Under the pieces are notes generated by a model, which saw nothing but the letters and a program-made list of their open reading frames with translations, searched no databases and was not told where the DNA came from. From the IMG/VR virus record IMGVR_UViG_3300043446_002688: a stretch of 64,000 bases of DNA. One strand, given 5' to 3'. The translations under genes were made by a program, and so were the position numbers. Of this stretch, positions 18,136 through 27,924 are shown piece after piece; position 1 is the first letter of the stretch, and every line of letters begins with the position of its first letter. This DNA comes from a virus.

Positions 18136-18812
18136 TACCAGATAAAAACCTATTCATCGTAACTTCCGCACTCAAACCAACAATGGGTGCATTTAGTGAT
18201 GACCAAAGGTTTTCGCAAACTATTGCCACATTAAAATCGTTAAGAGAAAAAGTACCAGAAGCAATTATCGCTTTTTCAGATGTGTCCGTTAGGCCTGTCA
18301 CAGACCTAGAGAAAGAGGCTATTGCTTCATTATGCAACTACTATATTGACATGTCGGAAGAACCAAATGTCAGGTTCTGTGCAGTAAATGGATTGAAAAG
18401 TCATGGCGAAAACTGTTTGATGTTTTCTACACTTCAAGTATTAAAACAAAACAACTTGTTAAAAGATGTTAAAAGAATCTTCAAATTCTCGGCTAGGTCT
18501 GAACTTGAAGATGGTTTCGATATTTCACATTATGATAATTTGTTTGGTAAATTTGTGTTTAAGAAACGCATCGTATCTTGGCATAATCCAAATACACACC
18601 TCTTTATAACCAGAATGTTCTCCTTTTGCACTTCATTACTAGACGCATACCTTATGGTTATGCAAGAAATCCTAAAAGATTTGTCAAATAATGTTGTGCC
18701 GGATACCGAACATGGACATTTCCTAAACATTCCGGAGAAATACCTGGTCGAGTTTGACAGGTTATATTGTTGGGGTTGGCTGGCCGGAAATGGTCAAATC
18801 GAACATTATTGA
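18132..18812 (+). CDS. Hypothetical protein, possible GT-A-fold transferase
   Basis: FIVTSA...RFSQT..TLKSLR...FKFSAR; last gene of the cluster. Confidence 0.55.
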   Translation: MIPDKNLFIVTSALKPTMGAFSDDQRFSQTIATLKSLREKVPEAIIAFSDVSVRPVTDLEKEAIASLCNYYIDMSEEPNVRFCAVNGLKSHGENCLMFSTLQVLKQNNLLKDVKRIFKFSARSELEDGFDISHYDNLFGKFVFKKRIVSWHNPNTHLFITRMFSFCTSLLDAYLMVMQEILKDLSNNVVPDTEHGHFLNIPEKYLVEFDRLYCWGWLAGNGQIEHY

Positions 18813-18868
18813 AGCGTATATATCGAATCCAACATTTGCCAGATTAGACCGGTTGTGTTATAATCTGT

Positions 18869-18876
18869 TATAAATA
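18869..18876 (+). promoter_or_regulatory. T4 late promoter TATAAATA
   Basis: Exact gp55 consensus upstream of the head-protein block. Confidence 0.85.
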
Positions 18877-18924
18877 ACCTTACGGCAACCAAAGTGTGTT
18901 GCATATCTAAAGGTAAATTCATTA

Positions 18925-20118
18925 ATGTTAACTTTCAAGACTTTCTTAAAAGAGCAAGCTGAGGACGAAGGTGCGAGCCGTCAGATTAAACATTTGACGC
19001 ATGTGGAAGACCGTCCCTTGCAAAATGGTGAAAAGGGTGCAAAGCACGCAATCAAGTCACTAAAGGCCGCAGCCGAACACATCAAGGCAGGTAAAAAGAC
19101 TTCTGAACTAACGACTAAGTATGACGGTTCTCCAGCAATCGTTTATGGCCATCACCCAGAAAATGGCAAGTTCTTTGTTGCTTCAAAATCAGCATTCAAC
19201 AAGACACCTAAGATAAACTACACACCAAAAGACATTGAGAAGAACCATGGTCACGCACCGGGTCTTGTCAAAAAATTAAAAGACGCATTACAACACCTAC
19301 CAAAGGTTGCACCAAAACAAGGTGTTTACCAAGGTGATATGATGTTCTCAAAAGAGGACAAACAAAAGTCAAAAGATGGTGGAACTTCTTTCCATCCTAA
19401 TCCGTCAGGTCTAACATACACCGCACACGGAACACACAAGGCCGCAGTTGACAAGGCCAAGATTGGTGTTGTTACACACCTTTCATATCAAGGAAAGAAT
19501 GCTGCAAGTCTAAATGCAAACCATGAGGTAGACCACGAAAACTTTGGTAAACATCCAGACGTATTCTCGGTTGATCCTAGAATGGACACATCTAAAGTTC
19601 ATTTCAGTCCAGAAGAACAAAAGGCATTCGACAAACATATCAAAATGGCACAGTCTGTGCATGATACACATGAAAATGATATGTACGCAGGTACTTCCAC
19701 ACACCATGGTGTTGGTGGTGCCTTAGAAACTTATATGAACCACACAGTTAGAACTGGTGAAGAAGCCAATCACACAAACTTCAAAAACTGGTTGGAAACA
19801 AAGAAAAACAAAGAAATTGATAAACTCAAAGTTGAAAAGAACCGTAAGGCCAAGCAAACAGAGTTAAAAGGTGAACTAGATAAGATTGAACGCAATAAGA
19901 AACATTACAACAATCTATTTAAGATGCATGGTCACCTACAAAAAGCAAAAGACACATTGATTCATGTTATGAACCAACACCAAGAATTTCAACATGAACA
20001 TGGTGGTGAGGCTGCAAATCCAGAAGGATATGTATTTCACCACGGTAAAGAATCTGACAAGTTTGTTAACCGTCAAGAATTCTCACGCAGAAACTTTGCT
20101 GGAATCAGGAATATATGA
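18925..20118 (+). CDS. Ligase-fold (KxDG) nucleotidyltransferase-like protein with capsid-targeting N-terminus
   Basis: TKYDG motif I, VASKS, YQGD, EGYV motif IV; MLTFKTFLKE. Confidence 0.6.
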   Translation: MLTFKTFLKEQAEDEGASRQIKHLTHVEDRPLQNGEKGAKHAIKSLKAAAEHIKAGKKTSELTTKYDGSPAIVYGHHPENGKFFVASKSAFNKTPKINYTPKDIEKNHGHAPGLVKKLKDALQHLPKVAPKQGVYQGDMMFSKEDKQKSKDGGTSFHPNPSGLTYTAHGTHKAAVDKAKIGVVTHLSYQGKNAASLNANHEVDHENFGKHPDVFSVDPRMDTSKVHFSPEEQKAFDKHIKMAQSVHDTHENDMYAGTSTHHGVGGALETYMNHTVRTGEEANHTNFKNWLETKKNKEIDKLKVEKNRKAKQTELKGELDKIERNKKHYNNLFKMHGHLQKAKDTLIHVMNQHQEFQHEHGGEAANPEGYVFHHGKESDKFVNRQEFSRRNFAGIRNI

Positions 20119-21896
20119 AGAAGTTTTTAGAAAAAATCAACGAAGATTCGGCAACCCATAAACCGGTTGTCATGGCTTTTGGCCGAATGAATCCTCCAAC
20201 CATCGGTCACGAAAAGTTGGTCGACAAAGTTAAACAAGTTGCTAAAGATTATAACGCAACACACCATGTGATTATATCACACTCTGTTGATGCCAAAAAG
20301 AATCCACTAGAGGCCGCTACCAAACTCAAACACGCAAAACGCTTCTTTCCTAATACAAACATATCCACATCTTCTAAAGAAAAACCAACTTTTCTACAAC
20401 ATGCAGCTGCATTAAATCAAGCAGGCCACGACCATCTAATTATGGTTGCAGGTTCAGACCGTATTCCAGAATATGAAAAGAAACTGAATCAATACAACGG
20501 TGTAGGTCCGGGAAAACTATACAATTTCAAAAAAATTGATGTCAAGTCTGCCGGTCACCGTGATCCTGATGCTGAAGGTGCAGAGGGCATGTCTGCTTCT
20601 AAAATGCGTGAACATGCAACCAATAATAACTTTGGTGAATTCAAAAAGGGTATTCCATCGCATGTACCAGAGAAACAAGCTCGTGAATTGTTCCGTGATG
20701 TGCGTAAAGGCATGGGATTGAACGAAAACTACAATCGTGGTTTGTTCCGTGCAATCTTTGTCACAGGTGGTCCAGGTTCTGGTAAAGATGTTATCATCCG
20801 TGAAGCCATCAATGAACAGAAAGCAGTAGAATTGAATTCTGTACAGGCATATCAGTATCTGATGGACAAAAAACAACTGTCCGAAAAATCAAATGACTTC
20901 CGTAGAGAAGCGATTCGCAACCGTGGTCCGTTGATTATTAATGGTCCTGCGGATGACCACACTCGTTTGATTACAATTAAAGAAGAACTGGAAGAACTTG
21001 GTTATAGTACAGCGATGGTGTTTGTTGACACCACAAACGAAGCAAGTCAGTCCAGAAATGAAAAATTGACAAAGATGATTGCCGAAACTGTAAGACAAGA
21101 GAAGTGGGAACTTGCACAGTCCTGCAAGGAAGCATATCGTCAAAACTTCAACAAATTCATCACCTTCAACAATAGTTCTTCTTATGAAGATATTAAGGAA
21201 GACATTACCGAAACATACCAAAAGTTGAGTTGGTTCATGGATGAAAAGGTGTATGACGAAACGGCATACATATGGTTAGAAAGTCACGGTAAGCTAAATA
21301 CCAATGATTCGATTACAGTTCTTTATGAGGAAGATAAACATGTTAAAAAAGATTCTAGATTTATTCAAAGGCTCAAAGAAGGAAAGTCTGCCGGCCGATT
21401 TAGTAAAACTGGACCAAGAGCAGAAGGTCCAGGAGATATCCCAGCCGACAATCGTGCAGGAGACTCCAACGCCGACAACATCAAGTGGGACGGAAATAAA
21501 AAGCGAGGAAGTTACATCTTCAAAACCTACACCGAAGAAAAAGAGAAAAACTTCAACAAAGACAAAGAAAGTGTAAAGAAGAAAAGATTTTCGGATGCAC
21601 CAACAGTTAACCAGAGATTGAGAAATGTCTCTGGTGTTGGACAAGAGTTTGATACACGCCAACAGGGAACAGTATACCCAATGTCAGGATTAGGCGATGT
21701 AACATACAGAGAAGAATTTAGATTCAGTTCGTTTAGAAATAAATTAAAAGAATCTCATAATGATCCATCAGATTCAGAAATGGGTGTTGGTGGTGTCTTG
21801 AATGGGTCTACAAATAAAGAACCGATGGAAAACCCAAAAGACAAAATAGGTTATACCAACATCAAAAATAAGAAGAAAAACGGAGATACCAAATGA
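20115..21896 (+). CDS. HxGH nucleotidyltransferase fused to P-loop kinase
   Basis: FGRMNPPTIGH, AGSDR, SASKMR; then GGPGSGKD. Confidence 0.8.
   Translation: MKKFLEKINEDSATHKPVVMAFGRMNPPTIGHEKLVDKVKQVAKDYNATHHVIISHSVDAKKNPLEAATKLKHAKRFFPNTNISTSSKEKPTFLQHAAALNQAGHDHLIMVAGSDRIPEYEKKLNQYNGVGPGKLYNFKKIDVKSAGHRDPDAEGAEGMSASKMREHATNNNFGEFKKGIPSHVPEKQARELFRDVRKGMGLNENYNRGLFRAIFVTGGPGSGKDVIIREAINEQKAVELNSVQAYQYLMDKKQLSEKSNDFRREAIRNRGPLIINGPADDHTRLITIKEELEELGYSTAMVFVDTTNEASQSRNEKLTKMIAETVRQEKWELAQSCKEAYRQNFNKFITFNNSSSYEDIKEDITETYQKLSWFMDEKVYDETAYIWLESHGKLNTNDSITVLYEEDKHVKKDSRFIQRLKEGKSAGRFSKTGPRAEGPGDIPADNRAGDSNADNIKWDGNKKRGSYIFKTYTEEKEKNFNKDKESVKKKRFSDAPTVNQRLRNVSGVGQEFDTRQQGTVYPMSGLGDVTYREEFRFSSFRNKLKESHNDPSDSEMGVGGVLNGSTNKEPMENPKDKIGYTNIKNKKKNGDTK
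21340..21576 (+). CDS. Possible nested overlapping gene (78 aa)
   Basis: GAGGA RBS, ATG at 21340, MLKKILDLFKG..., upstream CTAAATA. Confidence 0.35.
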   Translation: MLKKILDLFKGSKKESLPADLVKLDQEQKVQEISQPTIVQETPTPTTSSGTEIKSEEVTSSKPTPKKKRKTSTKTKKV

Positions 21897-23344
21897 TTAA
21901 TTTCAATAAAAAAGATTCTGTAGCCAGCACAGTTGATTCCATTCTGAAAAAAGAAGAAGTAGAACAACTTGACGAATTGAAGAAGTCAACTCTAGGATCT
22001 TATGTTAAAAGTGCAGCAAGAGATGCTAGTGCTTCTCGTAAACTTGGTGCCGACTTCCAAACTGCTGCGACTAAGGCTAAGACAGACAGAACAAAAGCAT
22101 CAAATACTCGTCTTGCCGATAAATTCAATAGCATAGCTCAAAAGCGTCACGCAGGTATCGGCAAAGCGGTTGAACGTTTAACCAAAGAAGATACTGAACA
22201 AGTTGACGAAGCACTAAAAGGCAATCAACACAAGATTGACAAAAACCACAACAATAAGATTGATGCACAAGACTTCAAAATCTTGCGTGGAAAAAAGTCA
22301 CTGAAAAAATTCAAAGAAGAACATGATGAAAATTCTATCATCGACCAGATGATTAATGAAGTGTTGTCTAAGGATGCTTCTGCTGGTAAATGGATTCACG
22401 ATTTCGTTCATTCAGACAATCCTAAGTTTGCAGGCAAATCTAAAGCCAAACGCAAAGAAATGGCATTGGGTGCTTACTATGCAAAACAACGCAACGAAGA
22501 AGTTGAACAGATTGATGAATTGAAAAAGTCAACACTAGGTTCATACATTAAGAAAGCATCTAAAGATACAGCAGTACATGGTTTCGCCATTGGTGATTCT
22601 ATTGCAAACAAGAAGTGGTCAACAGGTGCAAAGGCTGGTGATATGGCTGCTAAACGCATCAGTGGTATCTCTAAGGCAACTGACAAGTTGACGAAAGAAG
22701 ATACTGTCGAAGAAGTTGAAATTTTAGACGAAGGTAAAATGGACAAAATGACTTTATCTGGTCTATGGCATAAACACGCTCAACATTCATATTGGGCAGA
22801 CCAAGGTTATGGTTCTGGCAGTGATAGCGTCAAACATGCTCAACATGCCGCAACAGCTATTGAAAACCATGTCCGTAAACATCACGGCAATAAAGTTGCT
22901 GATGATATGGTAAGTCATTCTGACCATCACGTAGCACATAGTGAATATGCTGGTCCAGAAGATGCACCACACCACAAAACCGAAATGGCCAAGTTGAAAA
23001 AGAAACATGGAATTCGTGACGAAAACTTGAATGAAGGTTGGGACGATATGGTTAAGACTGCACAAGAAAAAGTGAAGTCTGGTCCTAAACCATCAGGTGG
23101 TTCTGGTGTTAAACTAGGCACTCGTTACGGTGGTGGTAAACAAAAAGAAGAACCAAAAGAAAAGGAAGAAGTCAAAGAAGGTAAACAACCTTTGGACAAT
23201 GTTCCTTTTGATCCTCCATACAACACAACATCTTCACCAGATGTAAAAGATAAGTCTGGTGCAGTTCACACACCTATGTCTAGAGTTAAACACATAGCTC
23301 GCACAGCTATGAAAAAAGTTAAAAAAGAATTAGGTAACAAGTAA
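21893..23344 (+). CDS. Head-internal (poly)protein with repeated modules
   Basis: EEVEQ(L/I)DELKKSTLGSY repeated; Glu-rich linkers between basic blocks. Confidence 0.75.
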   Translation: MINFNKKDSVASTVDSILKKEEVEQLDELKKSTLGSYVKSAARDASASRKLGADFQTAATKAKTDRTKASNTRLADKFNSIAQKRHAGIGKAVERLTKEDTEQVDEALKGNQHKIDKNHNNKIDAQDFKILRGKKSLKKFKEEHDENSIIDQMINEVLSKDASAGKWIHDFVHSDNPKFAGKSKAKRKEMALGAYYAKQRNEEVEQIDELKKSTLGSYIKKASKDTAVHGFAIGDSIANKKWSTGAKAGDMAAKRISGISKATDKLTKEDTVEEVEILDEGKMDKMTLSGLWHKHAQHSYWADQGYGSGSDSVKHAQHAATAIENHVRKHHGNKVADDMVSHSDHHVAHSEYAGPEDAPHHKTEMAKLKKKHGIRDENLNEGWDDMVKTAQEKVKSGPKPSGGSGVKLGTRYGGGKQKEEPKEKEEVKEGKQPLDNVPFDPPYNTTSSPDVKDKSGAVHTPMSRVKHIARTAMKKVKKELGNK

Positions 23345-23345
23345 T

Positions 23346-24524
23346 ATGTCTAAGTCTCAAACAATTAAAAATATTGTTAAGAAGAATGTGGGTCAACCAT
23401 CCACATTCGGAACGGATCCTCGTGATCCATGGTCTGCGAAGGCTAATATTGCCGAATCAAAAGGTAATCCTTCTGGTTTGTTGGCCAAATACCTAAAGTC
23501 TAGAGGTATCAATCCACAGTATGTGACAAAAGACCAAAAAGTTGCTCATTCCAAAACAGGTCAATTTAATAAGTGGAAAATGGACCACATGTCTGAAGCA
23601 GTTGACAAAAAAGACACGGTCACATTTGACATTCCGTTGTTGATTCGTGTGTTGGAATTTGCTCGTGAAGAATTGAAGTCTGATGTTAATCTACACAACA
23701 TGGTTGAAAGACTTATCAGTATGCGTGGCAAAGGTACACTAACAATGAACCAATATGGTGTTATTGTTAAAGAAGAAATTGAGTCTGAACGCTTAGATGA
23801 AATTTCTGTTGAATTACAACACCGTTATTTCAAAGCAGCACACGCACAGAAATATGATAAGACTGGAACCGTACCAAAAGCTATCAAACAAAAACGCAAC
23901 AAAGGTATGGAAAAAGTTGTTAGTAGAACATTGAAAAGAAATGTGATTGGATTGCCTAAAGGTGTTGATCCTTCCGAAGGTGGAAAATATACAGCCGATT
24001 CTGTTGAAGTTGAAGGTACACCATTACAAGAAGGTTCTGCTGCACTACGCATGGCCAAGGCTCTACAAAAAGCAAAACAAGAACGTGAGTTGAAAGACCA
24101 GTCTCGTGCAGCTCGTGAGAAACAACAACAAACACCACCAGTAAAAGAAAACATGGAACCTATGGCTGCATGTGCTCAACCTGGTGATGGTGCAAACACA
24201 CCTGATGATGTTGCACCAAAAGACAAGAACAAAAAATTGATTCAAATGTCTAAGTCTGCTCGTATCATTAAATCTATTTACAAGAAAAAAGGTATGAGTG
24301 AAGAACTTTATGACCACGAAAAAGAAGGTAAATCTACTGCACCTTTGGGTAAAAAACCAAAAGTTCAGAAATTGGATGCTGATTCCTTAACAAAAGAAGC
24401 ACCACAAGCCGCAGCGGTTTTGACAGGCGGTAAGACTATGACGGGAGAACCTCGTGATACCATCGAAATCGACCCAATGATGAAGATGCGTAAACAGTCT
24501 GGAAATTCACAGAAAAGTGTTTAA
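23346..24524 (+). CDS. Probable head-internal protein
   Basis: 392 aa; basic blocks with xxE linkers; late block. Confidence 0.7.
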   Translation: MSKSQTIKNIVKKNVGQPSTFGTDPRDPWSAKANIAESKGNPSGLLAKYLKSRGINPQYVTKDQKVAHSKTGQFNKWKMDHMSEAVDKKDTVTFDIPLLIRVLEFAREELKSDVNLHNMVERLISMRGKGTLTMNQYGVIVKEEIESERLDEISVELQHRYFKAAHAQKYDKTGTVPKAIKQKRNKGMEKVVSRTLKRNVIGLPKGVDPSEGGKYTADSVEVEGTPLQEGSAALRMAKALQKAKQERELKDQSRAAREKQQQTPPVKENMEPMAACAQPGDGANTPDDVAPKDKNKKLIQMSKSARIIKSIYKKKGMSEELYDHEKEGKSTAPLGKKPKVQKLDADSLTKEAPQAAAVLTGGKTMTGEPRDTIEIDPMMKMRKQSGNSQKSV

Positions 24525-24531
24525 ATAAATA
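24524..24531 (+). promoter_or_regulatory. T4-type late promoter (AATAAATA)
   Basis: NATAAATA before a strong AAAGGAG RBS. Confidence 0.65.
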
Positions 24532-24565
24532 GTAACATAACCCTCGGTTAAAAGGAGAAATATAA

Positions 24566-25432
24566 ATGTCATCTTGGGGAAACAACGACAACGCAGCTAA
24601 CGCTCCATATTGGGCCGTTAACACAATTATTAACCACAACATTCCGTCAGCATCAGGCCCAACTGCTGCCAACGTTGCACTGTTGTATGGAAATACACAA
24701 TTTGAAGCATATACACAAGACACAACAGTTGGTTTGTTCATGGTAGATGCTACAGAAACAACTTCTGGTGGCGATAATGTCACTGATGTATCTTTGTCTA
24801 ATCAAGGACGTGGATATGTTGAAGCACCTTCAGTTACATTCTCTGGTGGCGGTGGTTCTTCTGCTGCAGCTACCGCAACTGTTGCTGGTGGCGAAGTTAC
24901 AAACATCACTATCACTAACGTAGGTTCTGGTTACACATCTGATCCAACAGTTGTACTTCAAGTACCTGTTTTGACAGTTCCAACAGGACAAGTTGTTGCT
25001 GCTAACGATACAATCATGTACACAGGCCACGGCCAAGCAAACGGCGCTGCTCTAATATTCAACTGGAACGGTTCTGCTAACATTGGTGGTTTGTTGAACG
25101 GAACAACATACTATGTTGCACCACAAACAGCCAACAAGTTCTCATTGTCTACAACTGCTGCTAATGCTGCAAACAACATTGTTATCGACTTGACTACAAC
25201 TGGTGGTACAGGTCAATATTTCACAATCGTTGACGCAACTCGTGCAACAGGTATTGCTAGTCGTGGTTTAAGTCAATCACAAGGTGGTGCAGAACACGCA
25301 ACACACATTGGTTGGAACTTAAAAACTGTTGGTGCTGGTGGTCGTGCTGGTCGTGTTCAATATGAAACTCTTGTAGCTATCTCCGAAGTTAAAGGTGATG
25401 GTTCAGACGATATTACATTACCTGACGCCTAA
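24566..25432 (+). CDS. Virion structural protein (Thr/Gly/Ala-rich beta repeats)
   Basis: [15 protein letters not shown] / [13 protein letters not shown] repeats typical of myovirus tail and fibre proteins. Confidence 0.75.
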   Translation: MSSWGNNDNAANAPYWAVNTIINHNIPSASGPTAANVALLYGNTQFEAYTQDTTVGLFMVDATETTSGGDNVTDVSLSNQGRGYVEAPSVTFSGGGGSSAAATATVAGGEVTNITITNVGSGYTSDPTVVLQVPVLTVPTGQVVAANDTIMYTGHGQANGAALIFNWNGSANIGGLLNGTTYYVAPQTANKFSLSTTAANAANNIVIDLTTTGGTGQYFTIVDATRATGIASRGLSQSQGGAEHATHIGWNLKTVGAGGRAGRVQYETLVAISEVKGDGSDDITLPDA

Positions 25433-25437
25433 TTAAT

Positions 25438-25456
25438 AGGGGCTTCGGCCCCTTTA
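25438..25456 (+). terminator. Rho-independent terminator with UUCG tetraloop
   Basis: AGGGGC-TTCG-GCCCCT followed by an AT-rich tail. Confidence 0.8.
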
Positions 25457-25460
25457 TAAT

Positions 25461-25847
25461 ATGTTTGACGAATTGAATGAAGATAATTTTGTGATGTATG
25501 CGATGAAGTGTTATAGTTCACCACATTGTATTATGTCAGAATTTGAGGGAGATATTAAACGAACCAAGTATCTAAAGAGATTATTCAGAAGATATAAAGT
25601 GACCAAGTCACTTAAGGAACGTTTAATATTGAACCACATCATATTATTGAACAACGTTTTTGGAACAGAAGCAACTGCAAGAATTTTGTTCTATAAGATT
25701 GATGAAAGAGATTATGATATACTGAAATCTTTCCTGTCGTATCTGAATATTATGCCAGATATGATTTATGGTATTAAAGGGAAGAATATCCACACAAGTG
25801 ATATACCATTAAATGATGACATATTAGAAATACTAAAAAAGATATGA
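25461..25847 (+). CDS. Conserved T4-like phage protein
   Basis: ELNEDNF..YAMK.Y...LKRLFRRY...ERLILNHII. Confidence 0.85.
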   Translation: MFDELNEDNFVMYAMKCYSSPHCIMSEFEGDIKRTKYLKRLFRRYKVTKSLKERLILNHIILLNNVFGTEATARILFYKIDERDYDILKSFLSYLNIMPDMIYGIKGKNIHTSDIPLNDDILEILKKI

Positions 25848-26242
25848 AAACCTTTAAACAATACTTGGATGAAAAAGGCCGCTGCTGGACCGGTTACAAA
25901 CCTGTCAAAGGTAAGAAACCATACTCACCTGGTTCATGTGAGGAAATAAAAGAAGATTCTGTCGATGAATCTGCTGCATGGCAACGCAAAGAAGGTAAAA
26001 ACCCAGAAGGTGGTTTGAACCAAAAAGGTGTAGAATCATATCGTAGAGAAAACCCAGGTTCTAAACTAAAGACTGCTGTTACAACAAAACCATCTAAGTT
26101 GAAACCAGGTTCTAAAGCAGCAAATCGCCGCAAATCATTCTGTGCTAGAATGTCAGGTATGAAGAAGCGTTTGACTTCAGCAAAGACAGCAAATGATCCA
26201 GATTCACGCATTAATAAATCTCTGAGAAAGTGGAATTGCTGA
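25844..26242 (+). CDS. Basic head-internal protein (DUF6321-like)
   Basis: MKTFKQYLDE; SAAWQRKEGKNPEGGLN...RRKSFCARM. Confidence 0.75.
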   Translation: MKTFKQYLDEKGRCWTGYKPVKGKKPYSPGSCEEIKEDSVDESAAWQRKEGKNPEGGLNQKGVESYRRENPGSKLKTAVTTKPSKLKPGSKAANRRKSFCARMSGMKKRLTSAKTANDPDSRINKSLRKWNC

Positions 26243-26592
26243 TGAAAACTTTTAAACAATACTTGGGTCCAGAAGCAACAAAAGCAAATGATTCTGCGGA
26301 AATTTCTAGACAAAAAGAACACTTAACACACAAAGCCAAATCAAACTACGAACAGTCTGCTCGTGAAAAAATGTTTGGTCATGGTGGTGCTGCCGAAGCA
26401 AAGGCAAAGAGTTATGAAAATGCTAGAGATAATATTGGTGAAGAATTTGCAGCTGCACCAACAAACTCTGTTGCAGGTGTTGCAGGAACAGGTGATGCTC
26501 GTTTACCATCAGCACAAAGAGAACCAGGTGTTTCAAAGAAACGCAATCCTCTATTAAAAGGCATGTTCACTAGAAAACAACCAAAGGTGTAA
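26242..26592 (+). CDS. Probable head-internal protein
   Basis: MKTFKQYL N-terminus; TGATG coupling. Confidence 0.7.
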   Translation: MKTFKQYLGPEATKANDSAEISRQKEHLTHKAKSNYEQSAREKMFGHGGAAEAKAKSYENARDNIGEEFAAAPTNSVAGVAGTGDARLPSAQREPGVSKKRNPLLKGMFTRKQPKV

Positions 26593-26593
26593 A

Positions 26594-27028
26594 ATGTGGA
26601 TTTTGAAATGGTTACCTGATTGGATTTTTTATGGCATTCTACTTGCAGGCGTAATTGGTTACCTTGCAACGTATCTAATTAAATATATTCCCGTTCCTTT
26701 TGTATACATGTACAAGACTCCAATTCAATTGGGGTCTATTGCTGCAATTGTTATTGGCACATTCATGTCTGGTGCAATCTATGATAATAATGCATGGTTA
26801 GACCGTGTACATGAAATGGAAGCCAAGGTTGCAAAGGCTGAACAGGAATCAAAAGAAGCAAACAACAAGATAGACAACAAAACACAAGAATCAAAAACAA
26901 AGATTGTTGAAAAACAAGTTCTTGTGAAACAATACATTGACCGTGAAGTGACTAAGTATGATAACCAATGTATTATACCAAAAGAGTTTATCAAAGCATT
27001 GAATGATGCTGCGGAGGCACCAAAATGA
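26594..27028 (+). CDS. i-spanin (Rz-like)
   Basis: N-terminal TMs, periplasmic coiled coil, C-terminal Cys; overlaps a lipoprotein gene. Confidence 0.75.
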   Translation: MWILKWLPDWIFYGILLAGVIGYLATYLIKYIPVPFVYMYKTPIQLGSIAAIVIGTFMSGAIYDNNAWLDRVHEMEAKVAKAEQESKEANNKIDNKTQESKTKIVEKQVLVKQYIDREVTKYDNQCIIPKEFIKALNDAAEAPK

Positions 27029-27309
27029 ACATAACAAGATCCTATATGGTATTGGCTCTTATTTTGGTATTCTTCATACTAACTGGTTGTTCTACTACTG
27101 TTCCGGTGACTGCCAAGTTCCCAGAACCACCTAAATATTCTATGCAACCCTGTCCACAATTATTAAAACTAAAAGAAGATGCCAAACTGAGTGATGTGGC
27201 CGGCAATGTGATTCTTAATTATTCATCATACTACGAATGTGCTGTGAAAAATGATGCTTGGATTGAATGGTATCAAGTTCAGAAACGCATATTTGAAAGT
27301 GTGAAATAA
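27025..27309 (+). CDS. o-spanin lipoprotein (Rz1-like)
   Basis: Lipobox LTGC, Pro-rich segment, two further Cys. Confidence 0.8.
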   Translation: MNITRSYMVLALILVFFILTGCSTTVPVTAKFPEPPKYSMQPCPQLLKLKEDAKLSDVAGNVILNYSSYYECAVKNDAWIEWYQVQKRIFESVK

Positions 27310-27923
27310 TGGAATTAACAAAAGAACAACTAAAAGAATTACTTCCCAAAAATCCATACATCAACCAATGGCACAATGCCTTGAGTCAGTTGTTACCGGA
27401 TTACGAAATCAACACACCAAAACGCATGGCTTCATTCTTAGCACAATGTGCTCACGAATCAGGCAATTTCGTTTGGTTGGCTGAGAACTTAAATTACAAA
27501 GCAGCAAGTCTACGCAAAGTATTTCCAAAGTACTTTCCAACAGATGAGTTGGCTGCACAGTACGCAAACAAGCCAGAAAAGATTGCTAACCGTGTTTATG
27601 CTTCACGCATGGGTAACGGACCAGAAGAATCTGGTGATGGATGGAAATACTGTGGTCGTGGATTGATCCAAGTTACAGGTAAAGAAAACTATACTTGGTT
27701 TGCCGCATCACTTGGTATTACACCAGAAGAAGCATCAGAATATATGCAGACATTTGAAGGTGCTGCACAATCTGCTTGCTGGTTCTGGGAAACAAATAAG
27801 TTAAATCAATATGCCGATTCCGGTGATATTGTTACCATGACAAAACGCATAAATGGTGGTACAATAGGACTAGATGACCGTATCAAACACTACGAACACG
27901 CATTACACGTATTTGGAGGTTGA
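27309..27923 (+). CDS. Endolysin, glycoside hydrolase family 19
   Basis: FLAQCAHES, ENLNY, GRGLIQVTG, TKRINGG. Confidence 0.92.
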   Translation: MELTKEQLKELLPKNPYINQWHNALSQLLPDYEINTPKRMASFLAQCAHESGNFVWLAENLNYKAASLRKVFPKYFPTDELAAQYANKPEKIANRVYASRMGNGPEESGDGWKYCGRGLIQVTGKENYTWFAASLGITPEEASEYMQTFEGAAQSACWFWETNKLNQYADSGDIVTMTKRINGGTIGLDDRIKHYEHALHVFGG

Positions 27924-27924
27924 T

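Noticed and set aside
12886-18812. T4-style hmC-glucosylation pathway
   Set aside because: No dCMP hydroxymethylase or alpha/beta-glucosyltransferase recognised; a DNA target remains possible only if such genes lie outside the window
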